A stretch of 64,000 nt of DNA from Hyaloraphidium curvatum SAG 235-1 (lineage: Eukaryota > Fungi > Monoblepharomycota), in contig JAIVFI010000047.1 of NCBI GenBank assembly GCA_025558095.1, positions 1 to 64,000 of the forward strand. Reading direction: 5' to 3'. Positions within the stretch are counted from its first letter, which is position 1, and every line of letters begins with the position of its first letter. Below the pieces are notes generated by a model. The model saw only the letters and a program-made list of their open reading frames with translations, was not told where the DNA came from and ran no database searches. A program made the position numbers and the translations under genes. Below are positions 1 through 9,324 of the stretch, in pieces.

Positions 1-1
1 C

Positions 2-604
2 GCAGCGGCGGAGACTCGGAACGCCAAGGCCAACGCTACCCGGCTTCCGATTACCTTCCGCCCCGGCGACCTCGTGCTCATCTGGGGACCAGAACGACCG
101 CGCAAGGGCGAGCCGGGCAAGTTCGTCTCTCGTTATCTTGGGCCCTACCGCATCGAGGAGTCAGGCCACACCGACCTCACCTGGAAGTGTAGACACGTCT
201 ACGAGACCGACCACGTCACCACTGTGCATGTGGACCGGCTGGCGCGCTACAAGCCTTGGGAGTCGGCCACCTTCAACGCGCGCTCGTGGAACGCACGCGC
301 CCCGGAGCTCGCCGCCGGTGAAGAGCTCGATCTCTCGGAACCGGTGAACGAGTTCGAAGAGGAAATCGAGGTCGAGAACGCGCTTGGGAACGAGCAGGAG
401 TACACCGTCGAGGACATCGTCGGCCACGAGGGCCAGGGTCACGGACTCAAGTTCGAGGTCAAGTGGCGGGGCTTCGCTCGCACGACCAAGCTCCCTCTGG
501 ACATGTTGCACGGCGCCATAGGGATCGTCCGCGCCTATGCCGATCGCGTTGGTCTCCAGCTCCCGACGGGTCTCCCCAGGCGCATGCGGACTCGGCGTCG
601 CTAG
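2..604 (+). CDS. pol: Pol C-terminus: integrase GPY/F region + chromodomain (5'-partial)
   Basis: Open from base 2: FRPGDLVLIW...KFVSRYLGPYRIEE...VHVDRLARY, then EYTVEDIVGH...KFEVKWRGF (chromodomain Y/W/F); TAG at 602-604. Confidence 0.92.
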   Translation, partial: AAAETRNAKANATRLPITFRPGDLVLIWGPERPRKGEPGKFVSRYLGPYRIEESGHTDLTWKCRHVYETDHVTTVHVDRLARYKPWESATFNARSWNARAPELAAGEELDLSEPVNEFEEEIEVENALGNEQEYTVEDIVGHEGQGHGLKFEVKWRGFARTTKLPLDMLHGAIGIVRAYADRVGLQLPTGLPRRMRTRRR

Positions 605-674
605 TAACACCAACGACGTCTATCCGGTCACAGCACTACCATCTCTGTGCTCCGATCCCCGGCTTTTCACTGAC

Positions 675-1660
675 TCAAACCCGACGTACTACCTCGAGCC
701 TATCCTCGACCCCCTCGAACGCCAACTTGTGATACCCGGACTGAAAATGCGTGTTCAGATTGCCCAGGAGGCCCTTAGCCTTGTGCTTTACCAGATGGCA
801 CCACGGGAACGAGCATACCGCCACTTCGCCCTTGGTGGGGCTCCGGTACAGTTCGCCGGCGTACGTTCCGGCAATCTTCCATCGGAGGAAGGAGCCTGCC
901 GGCACGGCATCAGGGACCTTCTTCGTCACCCGTTCCGCCTTCAAGCCCCAGACCGGCGACGACTTCTTCATCTGGCACATTCAGTGACGATCAGCGCTTG
1001 TGGGGCGTACTCCCGTCGAGCCGTTCACCTGCGCAATCTGCTCCCGGGCCTCCCCGCGCTGCACCACATGCCCCTCGTCTTTACCTGAAGTTGCCGTTTG
1101 GGCCGTCTGGAAGGCGCTCCCTTGTTCAGTGGCGGCCTCGAAGTCGCCTAAGTGGTCCAGCTCCCAAGAGGGCGCATGAAGCGTGACTGACAGCACGGGG
1201 ACTTCGTCGGCCGCCTCGAGCTCCTCCCTCGAGTCCGCCGCCGACTCGCCCTCGCCGACGGAAGGCGCACCCTTCGACGACATCGCCGGCAGGAAGACGC
1301 CGGAGGTCCGGGTTGCGGCCGCGGCCGCGATCGGGTCGTTGCCTCTGGCCCCGCCAGCCTCGCGCAGCTTGGCGGTCCCGCCGGCCTCGCGCAGCTCGGC
1401 GACGAGCCGACGGAGCACTCGGACCTCGACAACGACGTTCCCAGCCTCTTCGGCCAGCGGCAACATCCCGCGCATGGCGGCCAGACGCACCAGTTGCAGG
1501 AAGCAGTCGACCACGTCGTCCTCCTGGCGCGGCGCTGAGCTCCCGTTCGAGGACCACGCCGCTACGCTCTTACCTTGGTGCACAGCAGGACGTCGAAGGT
1601 CGGCAACCGAACCTCGAACCACGAACTCGGCGGGACGACGTTCGGCAGCTCCGCACTCAT
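675..1660 (-). CDS. Antisense 3-exon accessory gene (~292 aa) with C-terminal C2H2 (U1/matrin- or BED-like) zinc finger
   Basis: Exons 1660-1574, 1523-1029, 971-675; phase-0 introns 1573-1524 (GTAAGA..CCAG, 50 nt) and 1028-972 (GTGAAC..GCTGATC..CCAG, 57 nt); C-x4-C-x16-H-x5-H motif CSFPWC...NLNTHFQSGYH. Confidence 0.7.
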
Positions 1661-1799
1661 GACAGGCGCGGAGATCCCCCCAGCTCTTCTGGACCCTACG
1701 TCGCGATCCCCCGCGAGCGCTTTCGTCGACGCAATGGCGTACGGCCCTCGCTCGCGCCCCGTCCCCCGTGGCGGGGACTGGTGACCCGGTGTGCGGGCG

Positions 1800-1936
1800 A
1801 ACTCGCGGTCGACTCGACTCGCAGTTGACTCGCGGTTGACTCGCGGTTGGCTCGCGGTTGACTCGCAAGTGACTCGCGAGTCACTCGCGAGTCGCTCGCA
1901 AGTCACTCGCGAGCGACTTGCGATGCACTCGCGAGT
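1800..1936. repeat. Tandem array of ~12 degenerate 11-bp units, consensus GACTCGCG(A/G)(G/T)T
   Basis: gactcgcagtt gactcgcggtt gactcgcggtt ggctcgcggtt gactcgcaagt gactcgcgagt cactcgcgagt ... read directly. Confidence 0.95.
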
Positions 1937-1953
1937 TGCCTGCGCTTCGCACC

Positions 1954-1960
1954 ATATAAG
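1954..1960 (+). promoter_or_regulatory. Putative TATA box of internal promoter
   Basis: ATATAAG in GC-rich DNA, ~20 bp after the array and ~70 bp before ATG 2029; same layout as 3623-3631. Confidence 0.6.
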
Positions 1961-2028
1961 CGGCGGACCACAGGAGGCCGCGGCCGCGGACTACGCACCC
2001 AACGTCGACCTCGCCGCTACCGTCTCCC

Positions 2029-3294
2029 ATGGCGACCCCCACGACTGCCGGCCACAACCTGCGGCCCCGCCGGCCGCATGTGGCCACGGCGCCGCCGCCG
2101 GCGACTGCGCCCGTCGCTGCGTTGCCTGGCGTCGTACCCCCGGACTATCGGTCGGCGCTTGCCTCCCTCTCGACCCGGCTGGACGACCTCCGGGCCGACC
2201 TCGACGTCAGACACTCCCAGACGACGGCCCACTTGCACAAGGTCGAGCAGGCCGCCTTCTCCGCGGTCATGCCCATCCGCGCAGCCCTCGACGCACTCCA
2301 CCCGGTGCTCAACACCCTCGTCAATGTCGGCAACCTGGAGCAGCACGCTCTTGACCGCGTAACGGCGACGCTCGAGCAGCAAGAGGCCCGCCTGGACGCC
2401 CAGATCCGCCAGCAGCGTGACGAGCTCCAGGTGGTCCTCAGTGGCCGCCACCGCGAACTTGAGTTCGCCGTCACCGCCTTGCGCCGGACCGACGACGCTC
2501 GTCTCGGTGCCATCGAGACGCAGCTCGACCGGCTTGCGTTGGTGCTCGAGGCTCAACGTCAGAACTTCAACGGCATTCTCCTGGTGGACGAAGCTACCAT
2601 CGAGGAGTTGAGGGAGTTCGGCTCTTCCCTCGCCGGGCTGGTTGCTCAGACCGGGACCAACCTCGAAACCACCATCGAGACCGTCGTCGAGACCAATCTC
2701 GCCCGTCACAACAATGGCCCCATGGCGGAGTTTGCGGCCGACCTCAAGAGCGTCCTGGCGGCCCATCTGCAGCGATTTGGGTCGGAGCAGCACAAGCAGC
2801 TCATGCTTTCAGCTCAAGACCACACCACGCTCCTCACGGCCGGCCTGAACGCGCAGCGCGAGCACTTCACCAAGACCGCCGACGAGCAACGGGCCCTCCT
2901 GCGTCGCTTCCTCGGCAATCAAGTGGCTCCCCTGGCGGGGCAAACGACGCCCGCCGTGGTCACCTCCACGCCGGTCGGCCGCGTCAAGGACGAGGACCTC
3001 GTCACCTCCGACGATGAGGCTGGGGATATGCAACCTCCAGCTCCTCGCCCCGAGAGCGTGTCCAGCAGCGACGCCTCCTCCATCGTCTCGCAGGACGACG
3101 GCCTCTTGGCCGCCCTGTACGACGACATCCCGGCCGCTCCCTACAAGTCGACCATGCCCCCGGTCTACACCCCCTCGGCCGCGGACGGCTCAGCCGTGCA
3201 TGCCGCCTTCGCTCTCGACTTTACCCGCCGGCTCCGCGCCCCGCCGCCGAGCGACGACGAGGCGGACGCCGACGTCGACTTTGAGGACGCCTAA
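2029..3294 (+). CDS. Intronless accessory ORF (421 aa), long helical/coiled-coil core, acidic low-complexity tail
   Basis: Long ORF with GC3-biased codons, heptad-like LxxLxxRL segments, located between pol and the PPT. Confidence 0.75.
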   Translation: MATPTTAGHNLRPRRPHVATAPPPATAPVAALPGVVPPDYRSALASLSTRLDDLRADLDVRHSQTTAHLHKVEQAAFSAVMPIRAALDALHPVLNTLVNVGNLEQHALDRVTATLEQQEARLDAQIRQQRDELQVVLSGRHRELEFAVTALRRTDDARLGAIETQLDRLALVLEAQRQNFNGILLVDEATIEELREFGSSLAGLVAQTGTNLETTIETVVETNLARHNNGPMAEFAADLKSVLAAHLQRFGSEQHKQLMLSAQDHTTLLTAGLNAQREHFTKTADEQRALLRRFLGNQVAPLAGQTTPAVVTSTPVGRVKDEDLVTSDDEAGDMQPPAPRPESVSSSDASSIVSQDDGLLAALYDDIPAAPYKSTMPPVYTPSAADGSAVHAAFALDFTRRLRAPPPSDDEADADVDFEDA

Positions 3295-3421
3295 GCCACC
3301 CTTCGGCCCTACACTCTCCAACATCTGTTGTCTCCACCTCGGCCTTCAACATCTTCTACTGCAAGCATGACGTCACTCCGCGGAGGAGCTTCGATTTCGT
3401 GGCGCCGAGGGCGGCGCCTTC

Positions 3422-3436
3422 TTTTGGGTGGGGGCG
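3422..3436 (+). other. T-tract + polypurine-tract-like segment
   Basis: TTTTGGGTGGGGGCG directly before TG at 3437. Confidence 0.55.
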
Positions 3437-3792
3437 TGCGAAGGTACAGGACGTCTGACATTCGGACAAGGGTATTTTCATTTTCGGTTCGGAGGCGTGG
3501 AGGCGTCGGTCCTCGCGATCGACTCGTGATCGACTCGCGATCGACTCGCGAGTGACTCGCGAGTCACTCGCGAGCGACTCGCGAGCGACTCGCAAGTGAC
3601 TCGGCACAGCCACCCTCCTGGGATATATAAAGAGCGGGACATGTAACAGTACAATCTTGATCGCCAGTTGACTCTACGTGCTCTCCGTGTCGTTCGACCA
3701 CCGTGCGGAACCCCGCCCGGCCGGATCCTCGTTCTGAGAGCCCTTGGGACGCACCCCGGGAGACATCCCGTAACCTCTTTCCCCCGGCTACA
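3437..3792 (+). repeat. Putative 3' LTR (TG...CA; end uncertain)
   Basis: Begins TG after PPT; contains 11-bp array and TATATAA (3624-3630); candidate end ...GGCTACA 3792; second LTR not in window. Confidence 0.5.
3510..3603. repeat. Second tandem array of 8-9 11-bp GACTCGCGAGT-type units
   Basis: gactcgtgatc gactcgcgatc gactcgcgagt gactcgcgagt cactcgcgagc gactcgcgagc gactcgcaagt. Confidence 0.95.
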
Positions 3793-3874
3793 GTCAAGTA
3801 TCTTCAGCGCTGTTCGCTTATTCATATTCAGGGCCTATCCGACCCGAAGAGCCGAGCGGGATTCGCGCGCCGGG

Positions 3875-6097
3875 TTAGAGCTTCAGGCCCGGTTCCGACC
3901 CGGACCGTCGCACTCCGATCTTGCCGGCCGGCAACGGGATGACGGCGGTCGGCATCACAACCGTGGGAGCCACGAGGGCGGCCTCGTTCGGCCAAGGCGC
4001 CGCTGCCGTCGATACCGTGCTCATCTCAGGGATGGCGGAGGGAGGGTCGTTGCTGGGGACGGGGAAGGCGTCGTCGGCTTTGGGCATGCTCATGACTGAG
4101 GGATCCCAGGTCAGCGTCGAGCCCTGGATGTCCTTCCACTTCTCCTGCGAATCCTCCTCGGAGGAGGCGTCGGTCTTATGATCGGCCGCGGCGGCGCGCT
4201 TCCTCTTCATGCCGTAGTACGTCAGGCCGCCGATCGCACCCAGCGCCACCACCCCGCCCACGACGCCGCCGACAATGGCGCCGATGTTGCTCGGGGGCGG
4301 CGGAGGCGGCGGGGCCGCGGAGGAGGCCGAGACAGTCCATAGTCCGGCCTGCGCGCTCGAGCACGAGCCAAGGGTCACTGGCCCCTCGGATGGGACCTGC
4401 AGGCAGCCGGCCGAGGCGCCGAGGTTGGCATTCATGACCTTGGTGGTGCCCGAGGAGTTGAAGAGCGTCCAGTACGGAAGCGCGCCGACCTGCCGCCGCC
4501 GGCGCCCCGCGGATCCGCCAGGGCAGCTTTCGTCGAGCACCGAAGCCGTGGTGCCGGATCGGCGCACTTGGAGGCAAGAAGACCCGCGCTGCAGCAGGAT
4601 GGCCGACGAATCGGGCACCCGGCCGACGGCATACTCGCCCGAAGATCCATCAGCAAGCGAGCACTCCGGGTTGCAAGAGAGACCTTTGGCACCGGAGGCA
4701 ATGAAGATCTTGGAGCCGGGTTCGATCGTCACGGATGTCGCCCCTGCGGGAAGGACGACGGCGGAGCTTGGAACGCTGGCAAAAGTTGTGCCCGAGCCGA
4801 CAGTCGATGTAGCACCTGCGACGGGTGCACTTGAAGTCGTGGCAAAAACGGAGCTCGTGGTGGCCAGCAGGGAGGTCCTTGAAGACGGGACGAGGAACGT
4901 CGAGGTAACGAAAACAGCATTCGAGGTGGATATTGGCCGGAACTGGCAGACGCTGGACGAGCAGCCCGTCGAGTCTGCAGGGCAGCTCGCCCCGCATCGC
5001 CCGCAATGGTTCCGGTCCGAGTCGGTCGAGACGCAGAAGCCGTTGCAGTTGGTGAGCCCTCTGGGGCAGACGCATCTGCCGCCCGAGCACGACTGTCCGC
5101 TGGGACACGCAGTGCCACATTTTCCGCAGTTTTGCGCGTTGGAATCGAGCACGACGCAATTGACGGAGCTCTCGCTGCCGCAGTTTGTCTGGCCGCTGGG
5201 GCAAGTTGGACGGAACTGGCAAGCGCCCGAGGAGCAACCGATTGAATCCGTGGGGCAGCTGTTGCCGCAGTGCCCTGAGCAACAAAAAGATGAGAAAGAT
5301 GCGCTGGCTGTGTGCAGGTTGTTGTGGCTTACCGCAATTGTTGCGATCCGAGCTGGTGGCGACGCAATAGCCGCCACATTCCTTCTGCCCGCTCGGACAG
5401 TAGCAGTTGCGGCCCGAGTTGCCGTCCGACGTGAAGCCCGGGTTGCAGGTGCATGATCCGCCCGTGCACGACGAGAAAGCACCGCAGTTGACTCCCGCGC
5501 AAGGATCGATTGGACGGCAGTTCCTTCCGTCGTTGGAAGACGAGGTGTAGCCGGAGTTGCAGGTGCACGTCCCGCCGGAGCAGGAAGAGTAATCGCCGCA
5601 GTTGACGTTGGCGCAGGGATTGGCTGGCGGAGGCGGAGGACCAGCTCCAACACAGCGGCCACTGGAGCACTGCGCAGAGATCCCAAGTCAGCGATGCACG
5701 GAAGTAGTCTACCGAAACCACAAAGCAGCACCGATTCTCCAGCCCCACATCTGTTGTTCAGTGACCCACAATGTAAGTCATTGTTGTCGAAGTCGAAATA
5801 CTTCATACAAAACACGTCGTATGCTGGGCCATCACTGCAAAGGCATCTTGACAAAGCGCGAACACATTGATCAAACAGAGGGCCAGGACAGTCGCCATCG
5901 GAGTTGCATGGAATGTAACATAGGCCGGCGGGATCAGAACACTGAGGAAACGACCATCAATAAAGGGTGACCTCCTTTTACCATGTGCTCACCTTCCACC
6001 CTGTTGGACACCCGTTCTTGCATAAGGGGTACTTCTGGCTCTCTACCACTTGCGCAGAGCCCAACAAGAAAGAGAACACAACGAAAATGACCGCCAT
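3875..6097 (-). CDS. Multi-exon single-pass membrane protein: signal peptide, Cys-rich Stig1-like repeats, S/T stalk, ricin-B-like lectin region, TM helix
   Basis: MAVIFVVFSFLLGSAQ signal; repeats NAQNCGKCGTACP / DRNHCGRCGASCP; CLQV..LGSC..GLW; TM IGAIVGGVVGGVVALGAIGGLTYY followed by KRKR. Confidence 0.75.
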
Positions 6098-7231
6098 CTT
6101 GCTGCCGGTGAAGAGTTGCGTGCCGGTCGTGGTCATTGTGATCCTACGCAGCAGAATGGGCATTCGCGGACAAGCCAAGGCCAAGACACGTCTCTCGAGG
6201 TGGTGCAGGCAGGTAGCGAAAAACAAGCAAGGAGATCCTTCTAGGGCCTCCGGGATCTTCGGGACTTGCGGCGCGGCCGTAGTGGCCCGTCGAAGCGACA
6301 GCCCAGGAAGACGCCGAAGTGATGAAATGCGGCCGAGCCTCAAGAGTCCTCACCGCGCCGAAGGTCCGCAGCCGCCACCGGGTCCGTTTCCGCGAGGGGC
6401 AACGACTTCCGAGCGGCGTAGCAGCGCCGACCGGTCTTCTCCTCCGCGCGAGATGCCTGCACTTCGTTTGATTGACTGAAACTGGCTGAGACAAAGCCAA
6501 AATCGGGCCCGCCCTTAGCCCCGCCGTTGCGGCTGTACCGGCTTACGTCGATCCCGGATCATCCGCCGACGCATTGTAATTTTGTTCCGCGCCTGCTGCG
6601 GGCGTCTCGTGGCCCCCGTCCTCGCCCCACGGCCCCCGCGCAAGGCTGACGCCCCATCCAACCAGTCCCCCTCCCCTCCCTGCCTTCCTCCCAACTCCGA
6701 TAGCGATTCTCGCCGTACGCCCACGGCGCCTATCACCTCCCGACGCCCCATCCACCCTTCCCTCCCCGCGATCACACCCCCCTCCTCGCGCACAACCCTA
6801 CCAACGCCAAAGCCAAATCGCCAAATCGGTTATCGTGCCGACCTGCCCGCGATCAGGAAAAGTTCGCCGAGCGTCAGAAATAGGCTTTGCGTCTATCGCC
6901 CGCGAGTAGCGCCCCGCCGCCGCACGCTGCTGCGGTCCCTCGGACAGCGATCACGGAAGTCTGTCAATCACGGAAAAGTCAGTCAATCACGAAGTCAATC
7001 AAGTCAATCAGAGGCTGGCAGCATCTGCGCAAGTCACTTCTGAGGCAGTCTCGCCGAAACCGAGCCCAAAGGGGCCCTGCGAGGTTGGTGCCGCGCGCGC
7101 GTTCGGCGGAACGGTCGGCGGCGCGTGCTGGACCCACCCGTCCGTCTCCGCCACCCAAGGCCGACCTGACGCTCCTCCACTGCCACCGCCAGCCTGCTTA
7201 CCTCCCCGCCCTTCCGCTATCAGCAAAGAAA

Positions 7232-8110
7232 ATGGTCCGCTTCGTGATCCTGCTCGCTTTGGCCCTGCTCGCCGCTGCGGCCGCCCCGGTTTCGGCACAG
7301 TCCTACTTGCAGGGCTGCGGGTTCGGGTTCTCCTGCTGCGGCGAACCGCTTTCGAGATTGCAAAATCAAACGCTCATAAGCTGCGATACAGCCTGCAAGT
7401 CGGATGATTACTGCTACCTATACAACTTCAAGATGGACACGGGGGACTGCATCTTCTTCCCGGCCAAGTGCGGCGGCAGCGGCAGGGCCAACCTCACAGG
7501 CTGGATGTTCAACGGCTACCCCGGGCAGTGCCCCGATCGGGACGGCCTTTGCAACCAGCCGCTGCGTTACGCCGCCTGCGGCTTCGGCCGGCAGTGCTGC
7601 GACGTCCCACTGGCCTACTCCCTGGCGTCGAGCCGCCAGGAATGCGAGCTCTCGTGCGACATGGATCTCAACTGCCGGGTCATTGCGTACAGCTCCTCCA
7701 CGAGCTTGTGCTACCGCTACGGCCACACGTGCACCAACTACCGGGCGGTCCCCGGATGGGCCCTCAGCGCCAAGCCCGGCGCCGGCCTCTGCCCCGCCCG
7801 CTCCGGATGCAAGGTCAACCTCCGCATCAACGTCCCTAACCGCACCGTCAAGAGGGGCCAGCACGTCACGCTGACCGCCACGGCTTCCAACGCGGACACG
7901 GGTCGCGCCGTGGCCAGCATCCAGATCGTCTTCCTGATCGGCCCGATCGTAGTCGGTAGGGCAAACACCAACCGCCAGGGGGTGGCCAGCCTGCGGTACA
8001 GGTACCCCGCGAGCCAGTCGCTGGGGAGGAGGCAGATCACGGCGAGGTTCGCGGGTTCCAGCAGCTTCAATGCCGGGTCCGCGAACGCGACCCTGCAAGT
8101 GAACCGTTGA
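7232..8110 (+). CDS. Secreted protein: two PAN/apple-like Cys domains + Ig-like (Big-type) C-terminal domain
   Basis: Signal MVRFVILLALALLAAAA; two C-xxx-C...C..Y...C repeats; VTLTATA...TNRQGVASL...ITARFAGSSSFNAGS. Confidence 0.75.
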   Translation: MVRFVILLALALLAAAAAPVSAQSYLQGCGFGFSCCGEPLSRLQNQTLISCDTACKSDDYCYLYNFKMDTGDCIFFPAKCGGSGRANLTGWMFNGYPGQCPDRDGLCNQPLRYAACGFGRQCCDVPLAYSLASSRQECELSCDMDLNCRVIAYSSSTSLCYRYGHTCTNYRAVPGWALSAKPGAGLCPARSGCKVNLRINVPNRTVKRGQHVTLTATASNADTGRAVASIQIVFLIGPIVVGRANTNRQGVASLRYRYPASQSLGRRQITARFAGSSSFNAGSANATLQVNR

Positions 8111-8466
8111 TCCGGCCCCTGTGCGATACTTGCAATTGGATTTCTTTCGGATGGTGCAATCGTCTCGCATGAAGTGCGGTTGGGATTGTCGACCCCGAGT
8201 GTAGTGTTCTAGTGGAAACGGTGTGACTAAATTGATTTATCATCCGCAAGCGTCACGCTTCGGGACCGCGCCCTTCTCGGCCGCCGCGCCGTCCTGCCCT
8301 CCGCCTCCCCGAACCCGCGATCCCGCGCGCCTTCCATCTGCTGCACACCGTGCGAATCCGATCCGGTGCTCCCGGCGCGCCGATCCGATGCCGCCCAATG
8401 TCCGTGCCCCGGGAGCGACCGATAAGCATCCCAGCGTCTTCGCCCGAGCCCCGTCCCTCGCCGCGA

Positions 8467-9324
8467 TCAGCGCCCCCTCCTTGCCCACAACCCCACCAAC
8501 CCCCCTCCCTCCCCCTCCCTCCCCCTCAACCCATCCCAGAAACCCTCGTCCACGCCTTCCTCCTCCGACACCTGCTGATCCAATACCGGTCTGACGAACC
8601 TGAACTCCTCGAACCCGGCCGCCGCGAAGCACGCGCGGACGGTGTCGGGCGAGAGGTAGTAGTTCTCCAGCTCGAACGACGACACATCCGTCGCCAGCGC
8701 GGCGTCCGGAACCGTGGGATCCGACGCGGCTAGCGCCGCCTCGCGGATGTCCAAAGGCCGCGAGAAGATCCGGTACACGACCGAGTCCCCGTCGCGCCGT
8801 TCCCCGGACGCGTTGTCCGCGCGGGGCTGCCACCGCTTGACGAACCCGTACCTCCCGTGCGCGCCGTAACTTTCCACGGGATCGAACGGGCCGTCGTTGA
8901 ACCCCACGAACGCGCCCCCCGGGGCCAGGTTCGAGAAGGCGGTCCGCAGCATCGCCGTGAGCTCCTCCTCGCCGCGGGCGTAGTTCAACAAATAGCTGGC
9001 CACGACGGCGTCGAACCCCCCGCCTTCCACCACCCCGCACGTGCGTGCGTCGCCCACATGGTACGTTGGCCCGCCGCCCTCCTCCACCGCGCGCGCGACC
9101 ATCGCCGGCGACAGGTCGACGCCCACCACCTGCGCGCCCATGGCGGCGAAGCGGCGGGCCCAGGTGCCGTCGCCGCACGCGAGGTCGAGCACCCTTCGGC
9201 CCGAGATGGGGGGGAGCAGGGAGAGGAGGGTGGGGAGTTCGGTGGCGCGGCGGAAGGGGAGGCCCTTTGAGCGGGAATAGAGGGGGGCGAGGGGAGGGTT
9301 GTATTGGTCGTCGGGGGCGGGCAT
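8467..9324 (-). CDS. Class I SAM-dependent methyltransferase (ToxA-like), intronless
   Basis: VLDLACGDG, VVGVDLS, FDAVVASYLLNYA, NLAPGG. Confidence 0.88.
   Translation of the reverse strand: MPAPDDQYNPPLAPLYSRSKGLPFRRATELPTLLSLLPPISGRRVLDLACGDGTWARRFAAMGAQVVGVDLSPAMVARAVEEGGGPTYHVGDARTCGVVEGGGFDAVVASYLLNYARGEEELTAMLRTAFSNLAPGGAFVGFNDGPFDPVESYGAHGRYGFVKRWQPRADNASGERRDGDSVVYRIFSRPLDIREAALAASDPTVPDAALATDVSSFELENYYLSPDTVRACFAAAGFEEFRFVRPVLDQQVSEEEGVDEGFWDGLRGREGEGGGLVGLWARRGR

Larger units (their letters stand above)
1..3792 (+). mobile_element. 3' portion of a Ty3/Gypsy chromovirus LTR retrotransposon (pol tail, accessory region, PPT, putative 3' LTR); 5' part lies outside the window
   Basis: Integrase C-terminal motifs and chromodomain at 2-604; T-tract + G-rich PPT-like 3422-3436 followed by TG; TATA-containing LTR-like segment. 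Right boundary approximate. Confidence 0.75.

Noticed and set aside
537-1088. Plus-strand 183-aa ORF after pol
   Set aside because: No recognisable motif; lies antisense to the better-supported spliced Zn-finger exon.
3400-3410. TGGCGCCGA as a primer-binding site
   Set aside because: Not preceded by an LTR-ending CA and lies just before the PPT; better explained as a hairpin arm.
1800-3603. 11-bp arrays as CRISPR repeats
   Set aside because: No spacers, unit too short, eukaryotic context, no cas genes.
3631-3650. Alternative LTR start at TGTAAC (3642) with AAGAGCGGGA as PPT
   Set aside because: Would leave the TATA and array outside the LTR; less favoured but not excludable without the 5' LTR.
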